Below the pieces are notes generated by a model. That model saw nothing but the letters and a program-made list of their open reading frames with translations, was not told the origin of the DNA and made no database searches. This document shows, piece by piece, positions 47,619-57,212 of a stretch of 64,000 nucleotides of DNA (the first letter of the stretch is position 1; each line of letters starts with the position of its first letter). The translations under genes were made by a program, and so were the position numbers. Source of the DNA: an uncultured Elusimicrobia bacterium. GTDB lineage: Bacteria; Elusimicrobiota; Endomicrobiia; DTEH01. The stretch is from the NCBI GenBank assembly GCA_964508565.1, contig CAZDUB010000001.1, positions 181,726-245,725 of the forward strand. The letters are read 5' to 3'.

Positions 47619-48441
47619 AATCATTGGTATCCTCAATATTACCCCTGATTCGTTTTTTGATGGCGGCAAGTTTTTTTCTTTAGAGTCTGCTTTGAAACAA
47701 ACAGAGAGCCTTATTAATGAAGGCGCAGATATCATAGATGTAGGTGGAGAGTCAACCCGCCCTGGTAGCCAACCAATAAGTGTAGAAGAAGAATTAAGGC
47801 GTGTAATTCCTGTAATAAAAGAAATTAAAAAAAACTTTCCAAAAGTACCAATCTCTATAGACAGCTACAAATACGAAGTTATAAAAGAAGCCTTAGAAAG
47901 TGGTGCCGAAATTATAAACGACATTTATGCGTTAAGATATTCACCACAGATTGTTAATTTGCTTAAAAGATATCCTCAAACAAAAGTAATTCTTATGCAT
48001 ATGCAAGGTACTCCTCAAACTATGCAGATAAACCCACAATACAAAAAAGGTGTTGTAAACGAAATAAAAGAATTTTTTGTTGAAAGGATAAAATTTCTTT
48101 TAGAAAACGGAATTAAAGAAGATAGGGTAATTTTAGACCCTGGTATTGGTTTTGGCAAAACAACTCAACATAACATTGAAATCTTAAAAAATCTTCAAGA
48201 ATTTAAACACTTAACGGTGATCGGTGAACAGTTAACGTTTCCTTTGCTTATTGGTCTTTCAAGAAAAAGTTTCATAGGAAGAATTTTAGGTTCTGAAGAA
48301 ACTCCCCTTCCTCCACAAGAACGTTACGAAGGCACAATAGTTTTACATACATATTGTATAATTCAAAAAGTAGATTACTTAAGAGTTCACGATGTAAAAC
48401 CAACAAAACAAGCATTAAAGCTTATTAGTTTACTACTATGA
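47605..48441 (+). CDS. folP: Dihydropteroate synthase
   Basis: GILNITPDSFFDGG, DVGGESTRPG and DPGIGFGK signatures. Confidence 0.93.
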   Translation: MTSTKIIGILNITPDSFFDGGKFFSLESALKQTESLINEGADIIDVGGESTRPGSQPISVEEELRRVIPVIKEIKKNFPKVPISIDSYKYEVIKEALESGAEIINDIYALRYSPQIVNLLKRYPQTKVILMHMQGTPQTMQINPQYKKGVVNEIKEFFVERIKFLLENGIKEDRVILDPGIGFGKTTQHNIEILKNLQEFKHLTVIGEQLTFPLLIGLSRKSFIGRILGSEETPLPPQERYEGTIVLHTYCIIQKVDYLRVHDVKPTKQALKLISLLL

Positions 48442-49076
48442 ACTTACATTCATTTACAAATTTACAATTCATATCTTTTTTATTTTTCGTAGTTTTAATA
48501 TCTTTTTCCGGAGTGCTTTCACCTGGACCTTTAACCGCTACAGCTATTGCAAAAGGATACAAAAATAAGAATGCAGGAGTTTTTATTTCGTTGGGACACG
48601 CAGCAGTAGAAATCCCTCTTATATTTTTGCTTTACTTTGGACTCTCAAGACTTTTTAGTTCCAACTCATTTAAGATTATAATTTCTTTTATAGGAGGAGT
48701 TGCTCTTTTATGGTTAGGTTTTAATATGATTAAAGAAAAAAACTATAACTTAGAAACAAAAGATATCCCTTATGACTCTTTTTTTGCGGGAATAATTGCA
48801 ACATCTTCAAATCCTTATTTTTTTCTTTGGTGGGCAACAATCGGAGTAGGATTAATTTTTACTGCCTCGCAGTTTGGATTTTTTGGAGTTGTAATATTTT
48901 CTTTTGTTCACTGGTTGTGTGATTTTGTCTGGTATAGAGTTTTATCGTTAGCTGTCTTTAAAATAAAAAAATTGACAAACAAACTTAACTTAATTCTAAA
49001 AATATGTGGAGTAACACTGGCTATTTACGGAGTATGGTTTTTAACTATGGGAGTAAAACTAATACATAAGTCTTAA
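48438..49076 (+). CDS. LysE-family translocator
   Basis: 212 aa, six hydrophobic spans, SPGP motif near the N-terminus. Confidence 0.7.
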   Translation: MNLHSFTNLQFISFLFFVVLISFSGVLSPGPLTATAIAKGYKNKNAGVFISLGHAAVEIPLIFLLYFGLSRLFSSNSFKIIISFIGGVALLWLGFNMIKEKNYNLETKDIPYDSFFAGIIATSSNPYFFLWWATIGVGLIFTASQFGFFGVVIFSFVHWLCDFVWYRVLSLAVFKIKKLTNKLNLILKICGVTLAIYGVWFLTMGVKLIHKS

Positions 49077-49112
49077 AAAAATTACATAAATTTTGATAAA
49101 TTAAATTCTTCT

Positions 49113-49685
49113 TTAAGAAATTTTTGTACTTTTTCTTACTTCCGAAAAAAAATTTAGTGCTTGGGGTATTTTGTAATCAGGATAAGTCCAATCTAGTATT
49201 TGAAACTGTTTGTTTTTATAAATCAAAGTAACCTCAGCAAAGATACCCTCATCCAGATAAATCCTGTGAGAGTAGTTTTTAGTTGAAAACAGGACAAGTT
49301 TTGAACCTTCAACATAACCAGGGTCAATGTTGACTTTTCTGTTGCTATTTTCGTCGCAGAAGTATTTTTTTTCTATTTCGTTGCTTAATATCTTTATTCT
49401 ATAAAGTTGATGAGCCTCAATTATAGGCGAGAAGCTTATCCAATATCGGAAGATATTTTTCCCCATTTCTTCATTGTAGTAATCTGAAAAATCAAATCTA
49501 ATAACTTCGCTTTGATTGTCAATTTTTTCTATCCCAAATTGTTTAAATTCTGACTCTATTTTTGAGTTTATATTAAAAATAATATCAGCAATATTTGTTA
49601 AATTAAACTTCTCTTTAAACCAATCTAAAGCAAACAAAACACCGCAGATCATTTTTACCTTGTGAATTTTTTTTATTTCTCCCAT
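49113..49685 (-). CDS. Hypothetical protein (resembles DUF4416)
   Basis: 190 aa soluble protein. Family assignment is from memory only. Confidence 0.4.
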   Translation of the reverse strand: MGEIKKIHKVKMICGVLFALDWFKEKFNLTNIADIIFNINSKIESEFKQFGIEKIDNQSEVIRFDFSDYYNEEMGKNIFRYWISFSPIIEAHQLYRIKILSNEIEKKYFCDENSNRKVNIDPGYVEGSKLVLFSTKNYSHRIYLDEGIFAEVTLIYKNKQFQILDWTYPDYKIPQALNFFSEVRKSTKIS

Positions 49686-49724
49686 CTTGTTTCTATATAA
49701 AAAAAATCATAAATTCTTCAACTA

Positions 49725-49753
49725 TTGATAAACTTATCAATTTTTTATATATT
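49725..49753 (+). promoter_or_regulatory. Candidate promoter of the sigma/anti-sigma genes, with a palindromic -35 region
   Basis: TTGATA (49725-49730), a 17 nt spacer, then TATATT (49748-49753). The -35 lies inside the palindrome TTGATAAACTTATCAA (49725-49740). Confidence 0.5.
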
Positions 49754-49786
49754 TTTTGAAAATTTTAAGAATAAAGGAAGCCTTTA

Positions 49787-50410
49787 ATGACACTTTCTAC
49801 AAAAAATAAACTAAAGGATGAACAATTAGTTGAACTTGCTCAAAAAGGTGATACTCGTGCATTTGAACAACTTATAAAAAGATACGAGGACAAGATATTT
49901 TCTTTAGCATATCGTATATTACAAAATAAAGAAGACGCGTATGATGTTTTACAAGAGACAGCAATAAGTGCGTTTAAAAACTTACACAAGTTTAAGTTTA
50001 AATCTTCTTTTTCTACCTGGATTTATAAAATTGCCTTAAATTTTGCTTTAATGCAAAAAAGAAAACAAAAAAGTTTACAAAAGAAAGCACAAATGTTAGA
50101 AGTTGAAAATGATGATAGAATTCCTGAATCCTTAGATATGGAAAATCTAAAAGAAATTGTTGATTGGTCAGAAAACCCTCATATAAGTTTAGAAAATAAA
50201 GAAACAAGAGATATATTAGCAAAAACATTAGATAAGTTACCTGATAAATATAAAACTGTCTTCATACTTAAAGAACTTGAAGGCAGGTCTATTGAAGAAG
50301 TATCAAAAATTTTAGGACTTTCTGTGGCTGCAATTAAAACAAGGCTACATCGCAGTAGAATGTATTTAAGGGAAATGTTAGATAGATACATAACACAAGG
50401 AACTATTTAA
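49787..50410 (+). CDS. ECF-type RNA polymerase sigma factor
   Basis: Region 2 (DAYDVLQETAISAFKNLHKF) and region 4 HTH (RSIEEVSKILGLSVAAIKTRLHRSR). Confidence 0.88.
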   Translation: MTLSTKNKLKDEQLVELAQKGDTRAFEQLIKRYEDKIFSLAYRILQNKEDAYDVLQETAISAFKNLHKFKFKSSFSTWIYKIALNFALMQKRKQKSLQKKAQMLEVENDDRIPESLDMENLKEIVDWSENPHISLENKETRDILAKTLDKLPDKYKTVFILKELEGRSIEEVSKILGLSVAAIKTRLHRSRMYLREMLDRYITQGTI

Positions 50411-50439
50411 TAAACAATTTACAACTTACGAGGTAAAAT

Positions 50440-50721
50440 ATGATAATAAGATGTAAAGATATATTTAGATTATTATCAGCACTTCATGATTGTGAGTTAG
50501 AGAAAGAAATAGAAGAAATAATGTTACAACACATAAACGAATGTGAAAGATGTCTTGCTTTGTTCAACACATTTGAGAAAACATTAGACCTTTTTGATTC
50601 TTTGGAACCAATAGTACTTGAGAAAGAATATAAACAAAAATTCCATAAATGGCTAAGAGTAGAAATTAGACAAATTGAAATAAAAAGGAAAAAATATATA
50701 AGGAGAAAAAAATATCTATGA
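50440..50721 (+). CDS. Soluble zinc-binding anti-sigma factor (zf-HC2/ZAS type)
   Basis: HINECERC = the HxxxCxxC motif. 93 aa with no hydrophobic span. Directly follows the sigma gene. Confidence 0.7.
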   Translation: MIIRCKDIFRLLSALHDCELEKEIEEIMLQHINECERCLALFNTFEKTLDLFDSLEPIVLEKEYKQKFHKWLRVEIRQIEIKRKKYIRRKKYL

Positions 50722-51056
50722 GTATGAGTACAGTCAACCCCCAACAACTTATACAGCAAGTTAGTGATTTTGAACAAAAAAAAGAACAAGAAGTAAAAAA
50801 GTTTATTGAAGAAACTAATTCAGCTCTTAAGGAATACGAAGCTGAATTACAAAAAAAACTTTTTTCAGAAATTGAAAATTATCAAAAACAAAAAGAAATA
50901 GAGTTTAAAACAGAACTTAATAAATATCAAACACAAATAGAACAAGAATTTAACAAAAAAATAGAAAAAATCAAAAATCATACTAATAAATTACAAAACG
51001 ATTTTTCAAAAATAGTGGACACTTTAACTAACAATTTGTTAAAATTATGGCTATAG
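50718..51056 (+). CDS. V-type ATPase peripheral-stalk subunit (G/H-like coiled coil)
   Basis: 112 aa, E/K/Q-rich coiled coil, in the position of the first gene of Thermus-type atpG-I-K-E-C operons. ATGA overlap with the anti-sigma gene. Confidence 0.45.
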   Translation: MSMSTVNPQQLIQQVSDFEQKKEQEVKKFIEETNSALKEYEAELQKKLFSEIENYQKQKEIEFKTELNKYQTQIEQEFNKKIEKIKNHTNKLQNDFSKIVDTLTNNLLKLWL

Positions 51057-52993
51057 ATAAAATAAAGAAGGTACTATTTTTTATACCAAACGACATTTAC
51101 GAGAATTTTATAGTTGACCTTAAAAAAGCATCTGCTGTAGAAATAATTGAAGCAGAAGAAAAAAAGAAAGAATCCTACGCAGCATTTAGAAACTTTTCAA
51201 ATGAAAAAATAAAGTCGTTGATAACAAAAATAGAAACAATTTTGAGTACTTTCCCTAAATATATTGATATTAAATTAGAACTGCCTAATGTCTATGAATA
51301 CAACACAGCCCTTACAGAAGAAGAAATAAAATATATAGAAGAAAAATATAACAAAATTGAAAATATTGATAGAGAAATCAAATCTCTACAGAATTTAATA
51401 AATTTACTTACAATAAATTTAGCATTACTTGAAAATTTTAAAAATCTTGATATAGATATACAAAAATTAAAATTACTTAAAACAATAAAATATTATTTCT
51501 TAAAACTAAACACAAAAGATTTTCAAAAATTCTCAAAAGAACTAAATAATGTTGAAAATTGTTTTTTATGGGTTACTAACAAAACAAAAGATAGCATGTA
51601 TTTGTTTGTATGTTTGTATATAAGCTCAGAATTAAAATTTAATGAAATTGTCAAAAAATATGAATTAAACTTTTTAAACATAACTGATATCTTAACTTCA
51701 ACTACTATAAACGAAGAGATTAATATAATATCAAAAGAAATAAGAAACAAAAAATCACAAATTGAAAAACTTGTTTTAGAACTTAAAGAAATTTATATTA
51801 ATTGTTTTAGTAACTTATACAAGATATATATTAAATGTTTGGAGATTCAAGATATAATATATTCCCAACAAAATGTATCTTTTACAAATTATCTAAAGAT
51901 ATTAACCTGTTGGATACCAAACAAATTTATAAGAAAAATCGAGGAGTTACTTAAACGATATCCACAAGTAAGTATGGTGTCTTTTGAACCACAAAAAGAA
52001 GAAGATATCCCAACTGTTCTTAACAACAGACAAATTTCATCTCCATACGAATTTATAACTACACTATATGGTTATCCAAAAGTTGGTACAGTTGACCCAA
52101 CCGAACTTTTAGCACCATTTTTTACTATATTTTTTGCTCTGTGTTTAAGTGACATTTTCTATGGATTTTTAATGTTAGTTATGTGGTTACTACTAAGGAA
52201 GAAAGTTCCTGAAAGCTCTGAGTATTATAAACTAATAATTCTATTTAAATATTTAGGATTAGTTTCTATTTTGGTAGGAATTTTCTTTGATAGTTTTTTA
52301 GGTTTTAGTTTAATAAAGAATTTTAAGTTTCCATTAAACACAGCATTATTTGATCCATTAAACAGACCTATTGACATGTTGAAATTCACATTTGCATTGG
52401 GATTTTTACAAGTAATTTTTGGATTATCTGTTAATACAGTAAAAGATTTAAAAAACAAAGAAGCTGCTTCAGCTATAGACAGCATTAGCTGGATTTTATT
52501 TATAATCTCTTTTGCACCAATAGTTTATAGTTTATTTTTCCCATCAGATGTACCTAAAAATCTAAAAAGTATATCAAGTAAGCTAAGTTTAGTGCTTTTT
52601 ATATTTATTGTAATCTATCAATCAAGAGATATAAAACCTATATTTTTGAAACCAATAAATATCTTTGTAAAAGCATATAACACCATTGGATTTTATGCTG
52701 ATATGTTGTCATACTCTCGTATTTTAGCTTTAGCTTTAGCATCTTCTGCTATTGCTCAAACTATAAATTTACTTGTTTATAGATTATTTAAAGCAGAACT
52801 TTTAGGAATAAAATTTGTTGAACCAGCAATAGCGCCTTTAGCATTTGTTGGTGGACATGTTTTTAACTTCCTTATGGGAATTTTAGGCGGACTTGTGCAT
52901 TCAGCAAGATTACAATATCTAGAATTTTTCTCAAAATTTTTTGTTGGTGGCGGAAGACCAATAAAATTATTTTCACCAGTAAAACAAAGATAG
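51047..52993 (+). CDS. ntpI: V-type ATPase subunit I (a)
   Basis: 648 aa with a cytoplasmic N-half and a membrane C-half. Contains YSRILALALAS and ARLQYLEFFSKFFVGGG. Confidence 0.9.
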   Translation: MAIDKIKKVLFFIPNDIYENFIVDLKKASAVEIIEAEEKKKESYAAFRNFSNEKIKSLITKIETILSTFPKYIDIKLELPNVYEYNTALTEEEIKYIEEKYNKIENIDREIKSLQNLINLLTINLALLENFKNLDIDIQKLKLLKTIKYYFLKLNTKDFQKFSKELNNVENCFLWVTNKTKDSMYLFVCLYISSELKFNEIVKKYELNFLNITDILTSTTINEEINIISKEIRNKKSQIEKLVLELKEIYINCFSNLYKIYIKCLEIQDIIYSQQNVSFTNYLKILTCWIPNKFIRKIEELLKRYPQVSMVSFEPQKEEDIPTVLNNRQISSPYEFITTLYGYPKVGTVDPTELLAPFFTIFFALCLSDIFYGFLMLVMWLLLRKKVPESSEYYKLIILFKYLGLVSILVGIFFDSFLGFSLIKNFKFPLNTALFDPLNRPIDMLKFTFALGFLQVIFGLSVNTVKDLKNKEAASAIDSISWILFIISFAPIVYSLFFPSDVPKNLKSISSKLSLVLFIFIVIYQSRDIKPIFLKPINIFVKAYNTIGFYADMLSYSRILALALASSAIAQTINLLVYRLFKAELLGIKFVEPAIAPLAFVGGHVFNFLMGILGGLVHSARLQYLEFFSKFFVGGGRPIKLFSPVKQR

Positions 52994-53130
52994 GACTTTT
53001 TGAGTTTGTTGAGTTCGTTGGGTTTGTTGGTTCATTGAGTTTAATATATCACTGAACCCTAAACCCTATACCCTTTTGAGTACGACCAAACAACCAGAAA
53101 AACTAGACAACTAAAAACAAACTAAAAAGG
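52994..53130. repeat. Mosaic repeat block (modules B-C-D) between ntpI and ntpK
   Basis: TGAGTTTGTTGAGTTCGTTGGGTTTGTTGG array, TTAATATATCACTGAACCCTAAACCC, CAAACAACCAGAAAAACTAGACAACTAAAAAC. Same order as 12058-12190. Confidence 0.85.
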
Positions 53131-53142
53131 AGGTAAGGTTTT

Positions 53143-53619
53143 ATGGAACAATATCTTGGATTTATGTTAGTTATACTTGGCGCTGCTATATCAGCAGGGT
53201 TGGCTGGGTGTGGTTCTGCAATTGGTTGTGGTATAGTAGGAGAGGCAGCCTCAGGTGTTACTGCGGAAGACCCTAACAAATTTGGTCTTCTACTTGTATT
53301 ACAAGCACTCCCAGGAACGCAAGGATTTTACGGATTTGTAGGAATGTTTTTGATTTTAGGGAAACTTGCTGGTGTTAATATTACAAACATCACTGCTAGC
53401 CAAGGATTATCTGTTGTATTTGCTGCTTTACCTGTAGGGTTGGTTGGACTTGTTTCAGCAATATTTCAAGGTAAGGTTTGCGCTGGAGGCGTTAACTTAG
53501 TAGCAAGAAGACCGCAAGAAGTTGCTAAAGCAATGGTTTATGGAGCAGTAGTAGAAACTTACGCAATTTTAGGCTTAATCTCAACAATTTTGTTATTACA
53601 AAACATAAAGTTAGGCTAA
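53143..53619 (+). CDS. ntpK: V-type ATPase proteolipid subunit K (4-TM, duplicated hairpin)
   Basis: Close to my memory of Enterococcus hirae NtpK: LQALPGTQGFYGFV, SAIFQGKVCAGG, GAVVETYAILGL. Confidence 0.9.
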   Translation: MEQYLGFMLVILGAAISAGLAGCGSAIGCGIVGEAASGVTAEDPNKFGLLLVLQALPGTQGFYGFVGMFLILGKLAGVNITNITASQGLSVVFAALPVGLVGLVSAIFQGKVCAGGVNLVARRPQEVAKAMVYGAVVETYAILGLISTILLLQNIKLG

Positions 53620-53624
53620 AAACA

Positions 53625-54239
53625 ATGAAAGAACTTCAAAACATATTAGATAAGATTGAACAAGAAACAGCAAAAAAAATCGAAGAGTTAAAAAAAGAAG
53701 CTGAAGAGAAAAAACAACAAATTCAACATAAATATCAAAAAATTTTAGAAGAAAAAAAACACGAACTTGATAAAAAGTTCTCTGGGGAGTTAGAACTTGA
53801 GAAAAAAAGGTTTTACACTGAACAGTTTATAAACTATAACAAAGAAATTGAAAAAGTTAAAAATCATTTATTTACTATTCTGCTTTCAGAAGTAAAAAAA
53901 TCTATTTTAAACTTAGACAAACAGAAATATTATGCTTTAATTAAAAGTATTCTAACAAAAAATATATTTTTTGGAGAACCCAATTTAGTAATTTTTGACA
54001 AATCAAACAAGTTAACCAAAAATGATCAACAAAATCTTATAGCAGAAGTTTTATCTGAAGTTACAAAAATAAACAAAAATACAAAATTAGAAATTTCAAA
54101 AGATGGTGATTTAGATTTTGGAGTAAAAATTGTTGCTGGTAAAAAATCAAAAGAATATAAATTAGACGAAATAATAGAAGTTATAAAACCAGAAATAGAG
54201 AAAAAAATTAATGACATTTTAGCAGAGGCAGATGTATAA
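53625..54239 (+). CDS. ntpE: V-type ATPase subunit E
   Basis: 204 aa with an N-terminal long K/E-rich helix and a globular C-terminus. Operon position supports the call. Confidence 0.7.
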   Translation: MKELQNILDKIEQETAKKIEELKKEAEEKKQQIQHKYQKILEEKKHELDKKFSGELELEKKRFYTEQFINYNKEIEKVKNHLFTILLSEVKKSILNLDKQKYYALIKSILTKNIFFGEPNLVIFDKSNKLTKNDQQNLIAEVLSEVTKINKNTKLEISKDGDLDFGVKIVAGKKSKEYKLDEIIEVIKPEIEKKINDILAEADV

Positions 54240-54242
54240 ACT

Positions 54243-55007
54243 ATGACGACATATTCATTTCAAGTTGCTTATTTAAACGCTCTAAGAGTTAAAAAGGTTA
54301 TTCCAAACAATATTTTACAAGAGATTAACTCAAACAAAAATTTATCTATGCTTGTTTCTGTGTTAAAAGATTATAATTATAGAAAAATTTTTGATTTAAA
54401 AAACACAGACCAAGAAATTTTAGACAGTGCTAAATTTGAATCAATTCTTGAACAGGAACTTAATGATACATTGGAAACTATAAATGGTTTAATCAAAGAA
54501 AAAGACAAATTTATAATTGAAATATTGACCTATTTTTTTAACACTGAATTGGATACATATGAAAAAATAGTCCTATTTTTTAAACAATATAAACCAAAAA
54601 TAGAAAAACTTAATTCAACACTTTGCTGTCAGTTGTTAAAACTAATAATTGATTTCGAAAATATAAAATTATTTCTCTCCTATATTATTTTAGGTACAAA
54701 AAGTGTAAAATTTATTCCTGATGGTAATATTAATCCTCTTGTGTTAAAAGAAATTTTTCCTTCAGTGGAAAATTTGAATAAAGTATTTTCTGTTGTTTAC
54801 TATTCACCTGCAATTAAGGTGTCTATAGAACCACAAAACAAAAATTTTAACTATTACTTTATTTATTATTTACAACAACTTGTTTGGGAAAGCAAATTTT
54901 ATTATTTCACAATAGAACCTATAATATTTTATTTTTTTGAAAAATTTATAGAAGTTCAATACCTAAAAAAAATTTACTATTCTATCAAAGGTGTAAGTTA
55001 TGAGTGA
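54243..55007 (+). CDS. ntpC: V-type ATPase subunit C (d-like), short form
   Basis: 254 aa helical protein at the C position of the operon. Weak direct sequence support. Confidence 0.5.
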   Translation: MTTYSFQVAYLNALRVKKVIPNNILQEINSNKNLSMLVSVLKDYNYRKIFDLKNTDQEILDSAKFESILEQELNDTLETINGLIKEKDKFIIEILTYFFNTELDTYEKIVLFFKQYKPKIEKLNSTLCCQLLKLIIDFENIKLFLSYIILGTKSVKFIPDGNINPLVLKEIFPSVENLNKVFSVVYYSPAIKVSIEPQNKNFNYYFIYYLQQLVWESKFYYFTIEPIIFYFFEKFIEVQYLKKIYYSIKGVSYE

Positions 55008-56190
55008 GAAAGATATAGAATATCAACTTAAAGTTTTGTTAAGAGGGGTCTCCGATATTGTCTCAGTTGAAGAACTTAAACAAAAATTGCAAACAAAAAA
55101 ACAACTTACTGTAAAAATTGGTGTAGATCCAACAGCACCTGATATTCATTTAGGCCATGTAGTAATCTTAAACAAACTTAGACAGTTTCAAGAGTTTGGA
55201 CATAAAGTTGTATTTATAATAGGAGATTTTACTGCAAGAATAGGAGACCCTTCCGGTAGAAACAACACAAGGCCAATTCTTTCAGAAGAAGAAATTTTAA
55301 ATAATGCTAAAACTTATACACAACAAGTTTTTAAAATTTTGGATAAAGAAAAAACTGAAGTTGTTTATAACTCACAATGGCTTTATCCTTTAGGTATTGA
55401 TGGACTTTTACAGCTTTGTTCTAAATATACTGTAGCAAGGATGCTTGAAAGAGACGATTTTAACAACAGATACAAAAATAACATCCCAATTACTATATTA
55501 GAATTCATCTATCCACTTCTACAAGGCTACGACTCTGTAGTAGTAAAAGCAGATGTTGAAATCGGTGGTAACGACCAAAAGTTTAATCTTGTAGTTGGTA
55601 GAGACTTACAAAAAGACGCAGACCAACAACCTCAAGTAATAATTACTATGCCACTCTTAGAAGGAACTGACGGCGTAAGAAAAATGTCAAAATCGTACAA
55701 AAACTACATAGCAGTAAACGATCCACCAAAAGACATGTTTGGAAAAATTATGTCTATTCCTGATAGTATAATGCCAAAATACTTCGAACTTTTAACAAAC
55801 GAAGATATGAAAAAAGTTGAAGAAATGATAAAAAATAATCCAAAAGAAGCAAAGTCATATTTAGGATATCTGATTGTTAAACAGTTCTACGGAGAAGAAG
55901 AGGCAAAAAACGCACAACAAGAGTTTGAACAAGTTTTTTCAAAAAAAGAATTACCTTCAGATACACCTATTATTAAAGTAGAAAAGAAAAAATATGAGTT
56001 AATAGATTTACTAATACAACACAATCTCGTAAACTCAAAAAGCGAAGCGAAAAGATTATTAGCTCAAAACGGAATTAAAGTAAACAGAGAAAAAATTGAC
56101 AAAAATATTATTTTGGATTTTGTTGAAAATCCACAAGAAATTTTAGTACAAATAGGTAAGCTAAAGTTTGTAAAGTTTCTGCCAGAATAA
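55000..56190 (+). CDS. tyrS: Tyrosyl-tRNA synthetase
   Basis: HIGH-type motif PDIHLGH, KMSKS motif RKMSKS, C-terminal S4-like domain. Confidence 0.93.
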   Translation: MSEKDIEYQLKVLLRGVSDIVSVEELKQKLQTKKQLTVKIGVDPTAPDIHLGHVVILNKLRQFQEFGHKVVFIIGDFTARIGDPSGRNNTRPILSEEEILNNAKTYTQQVFKILDKEKTEVVYNSQWLYPLGIDGLLQLCSKYTVARMLERDDFNNRYKNNIPITILEFIYPLLQGYDSVVVKADVEIGGNDQKFNLVVGRDLQKDADQQPQVIITMPLLEGTDGVRKMSKSYKNYIAVNDPPKDMFGKIMSIPDSIMPKYFELLTNEDMKKVEEMIKNNPKEAKSYLGYLIVKQFYGEEEAKNAQQEFEQVFSKKELPSDTPIIKVEKKKYELIDLLIQHNLVNSKSEAKRLLAQNGIKVNREKIDKNIILDFVENPQEILVQIGKLKFVKFLPE

Positions 56191-56347
56191 CACCCTTAGG
56201 CAGGGGAGGTAATAAATTATATGGCAAAAAAATGCGGTAAAAAGAAAAAAGAGAAAGAAACAAAATAAAAATTAACTAACAATAAAGAAAGTGTTTCTTA
56301 GGATTATAAGAGTAACACAGTATTGATTTATTGAGAGAAGGTGGAGG

Positions 56348-56620
56348 TTGTTTATGTCGAAAAATTTGATGTATTTTATTTTACTTATAATAATAGGAAC
56401 ACTTATAGGTGCCTTTATTGGTAAAGCTTTTTCAAAGTTATTCCCAAAAGATTCTACAGTTAAAGACCTTCTTGCTACTGAAATCAAACCTGGACTCCAA
56501 CCAACTACTGTAGATTTGGGTGTGTTAGAGATAACTTTTGGAGCATTGATTAAACTAAACATTACAGCAGTCATAGGGTTAATCATTACAGCAATTATCT
56601 TTAGAAAGTTAATTTTATAA
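56348..56620 (+). CDS. Small membrane protein (resembles DUF4321)
   Basis: 90 aa with two terminal TM helices, upstream of maf. The antisense ORF 56272-56688 is rejected. Confidence 0.55.
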   Translation: MFMSKNLMYFILLIIIGTLIGAFIGKAFSKLFPKDSTVKDLLATEIKPGLQPTTVDLGVLEITFGALIKLNITAVIGLIITAIIFRKLIL

Positions 56621-56633
56621 CTTACAAAAATAA

Positions 56634-57212
56634 ATGGGCAAACTTGTATTAGCATCTTCTTCTGAAAGAAGGAAAGAAATCTTGTCACTTTTAGGGTTTA
56701 ACTTTATCGTTGATTCACATAAGTTTGACGAACCTAAATTAGACACTTATCCTTTTCCTAAAAAATTTGTAGAAAAAGTTGCTATAAACAAAGCAAAATC
56801 TGTTGCAAAATATCACAAAAACAAAATTATAGTTGCAGCAGATACAATTGTCGTATTTAAAAACAGAATTATTGGCAAACCAAAAGATGAAAAAGAAGCT
56901 GAAGAAATTTTAAGGACTCTATCTAACACAAAACATAAAGTTTTAAGTGGTCTTTGTATTTACTATCCAGCAAAAAAAGTTTTGTTATCTGGTGTGGAAG
57001 AATCAACTGTATATACAAATAAACTCTCCGAACAAAAAATAAAACAAATTGCTAAAAAACATTTAGACAAAGCTGGTGCCTACGCAGTTCAAGAAAAAAG
57101 TGACAAGTTTGTAAAAAAAATTGTTGGTGATTATTATAATGTAGTGGGTTTTCCTGTCTATCTATTTTTAGATTTATACAAAAAATTGCTAAAAAAGATA
57201 AAGACTATATAA
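56634..57212 (+). CDS. maf: Maf-family nucleoside triphosphate pyrophosphatase
   Basis: LVLASSSERRKEIL, AADTIV and GAYAVQE signatures. Confidence 0.9.
   Translation: MGKLVLASSSERRKEILSLLGFNFIVDSHKFDEPKLDTYPFPKKFVEKVAINKAKSVAKYHKNKIIVAADTIVVFKNRIIGKPKDEKEAEEILRTLSNTKHKVLSGLCIYYPAKKVLLSGVEESTVYTNKLSEQKIKQIAKKHLDKAGAYAVQEKSDKFVKKIVGDYYNVVGFPVYLFLDLYKKLLKKIKTI

Noticed and set aside
49725-49740. Palindrome TTGATAAACTTATCAA as a divergent promoter also serving the minus-strand DUF4416-like gene
   Set aside because: The minus-strand -35 would have no acceptable -10 at 16-18 nt, and it lies too close to that gene's start at 49685.
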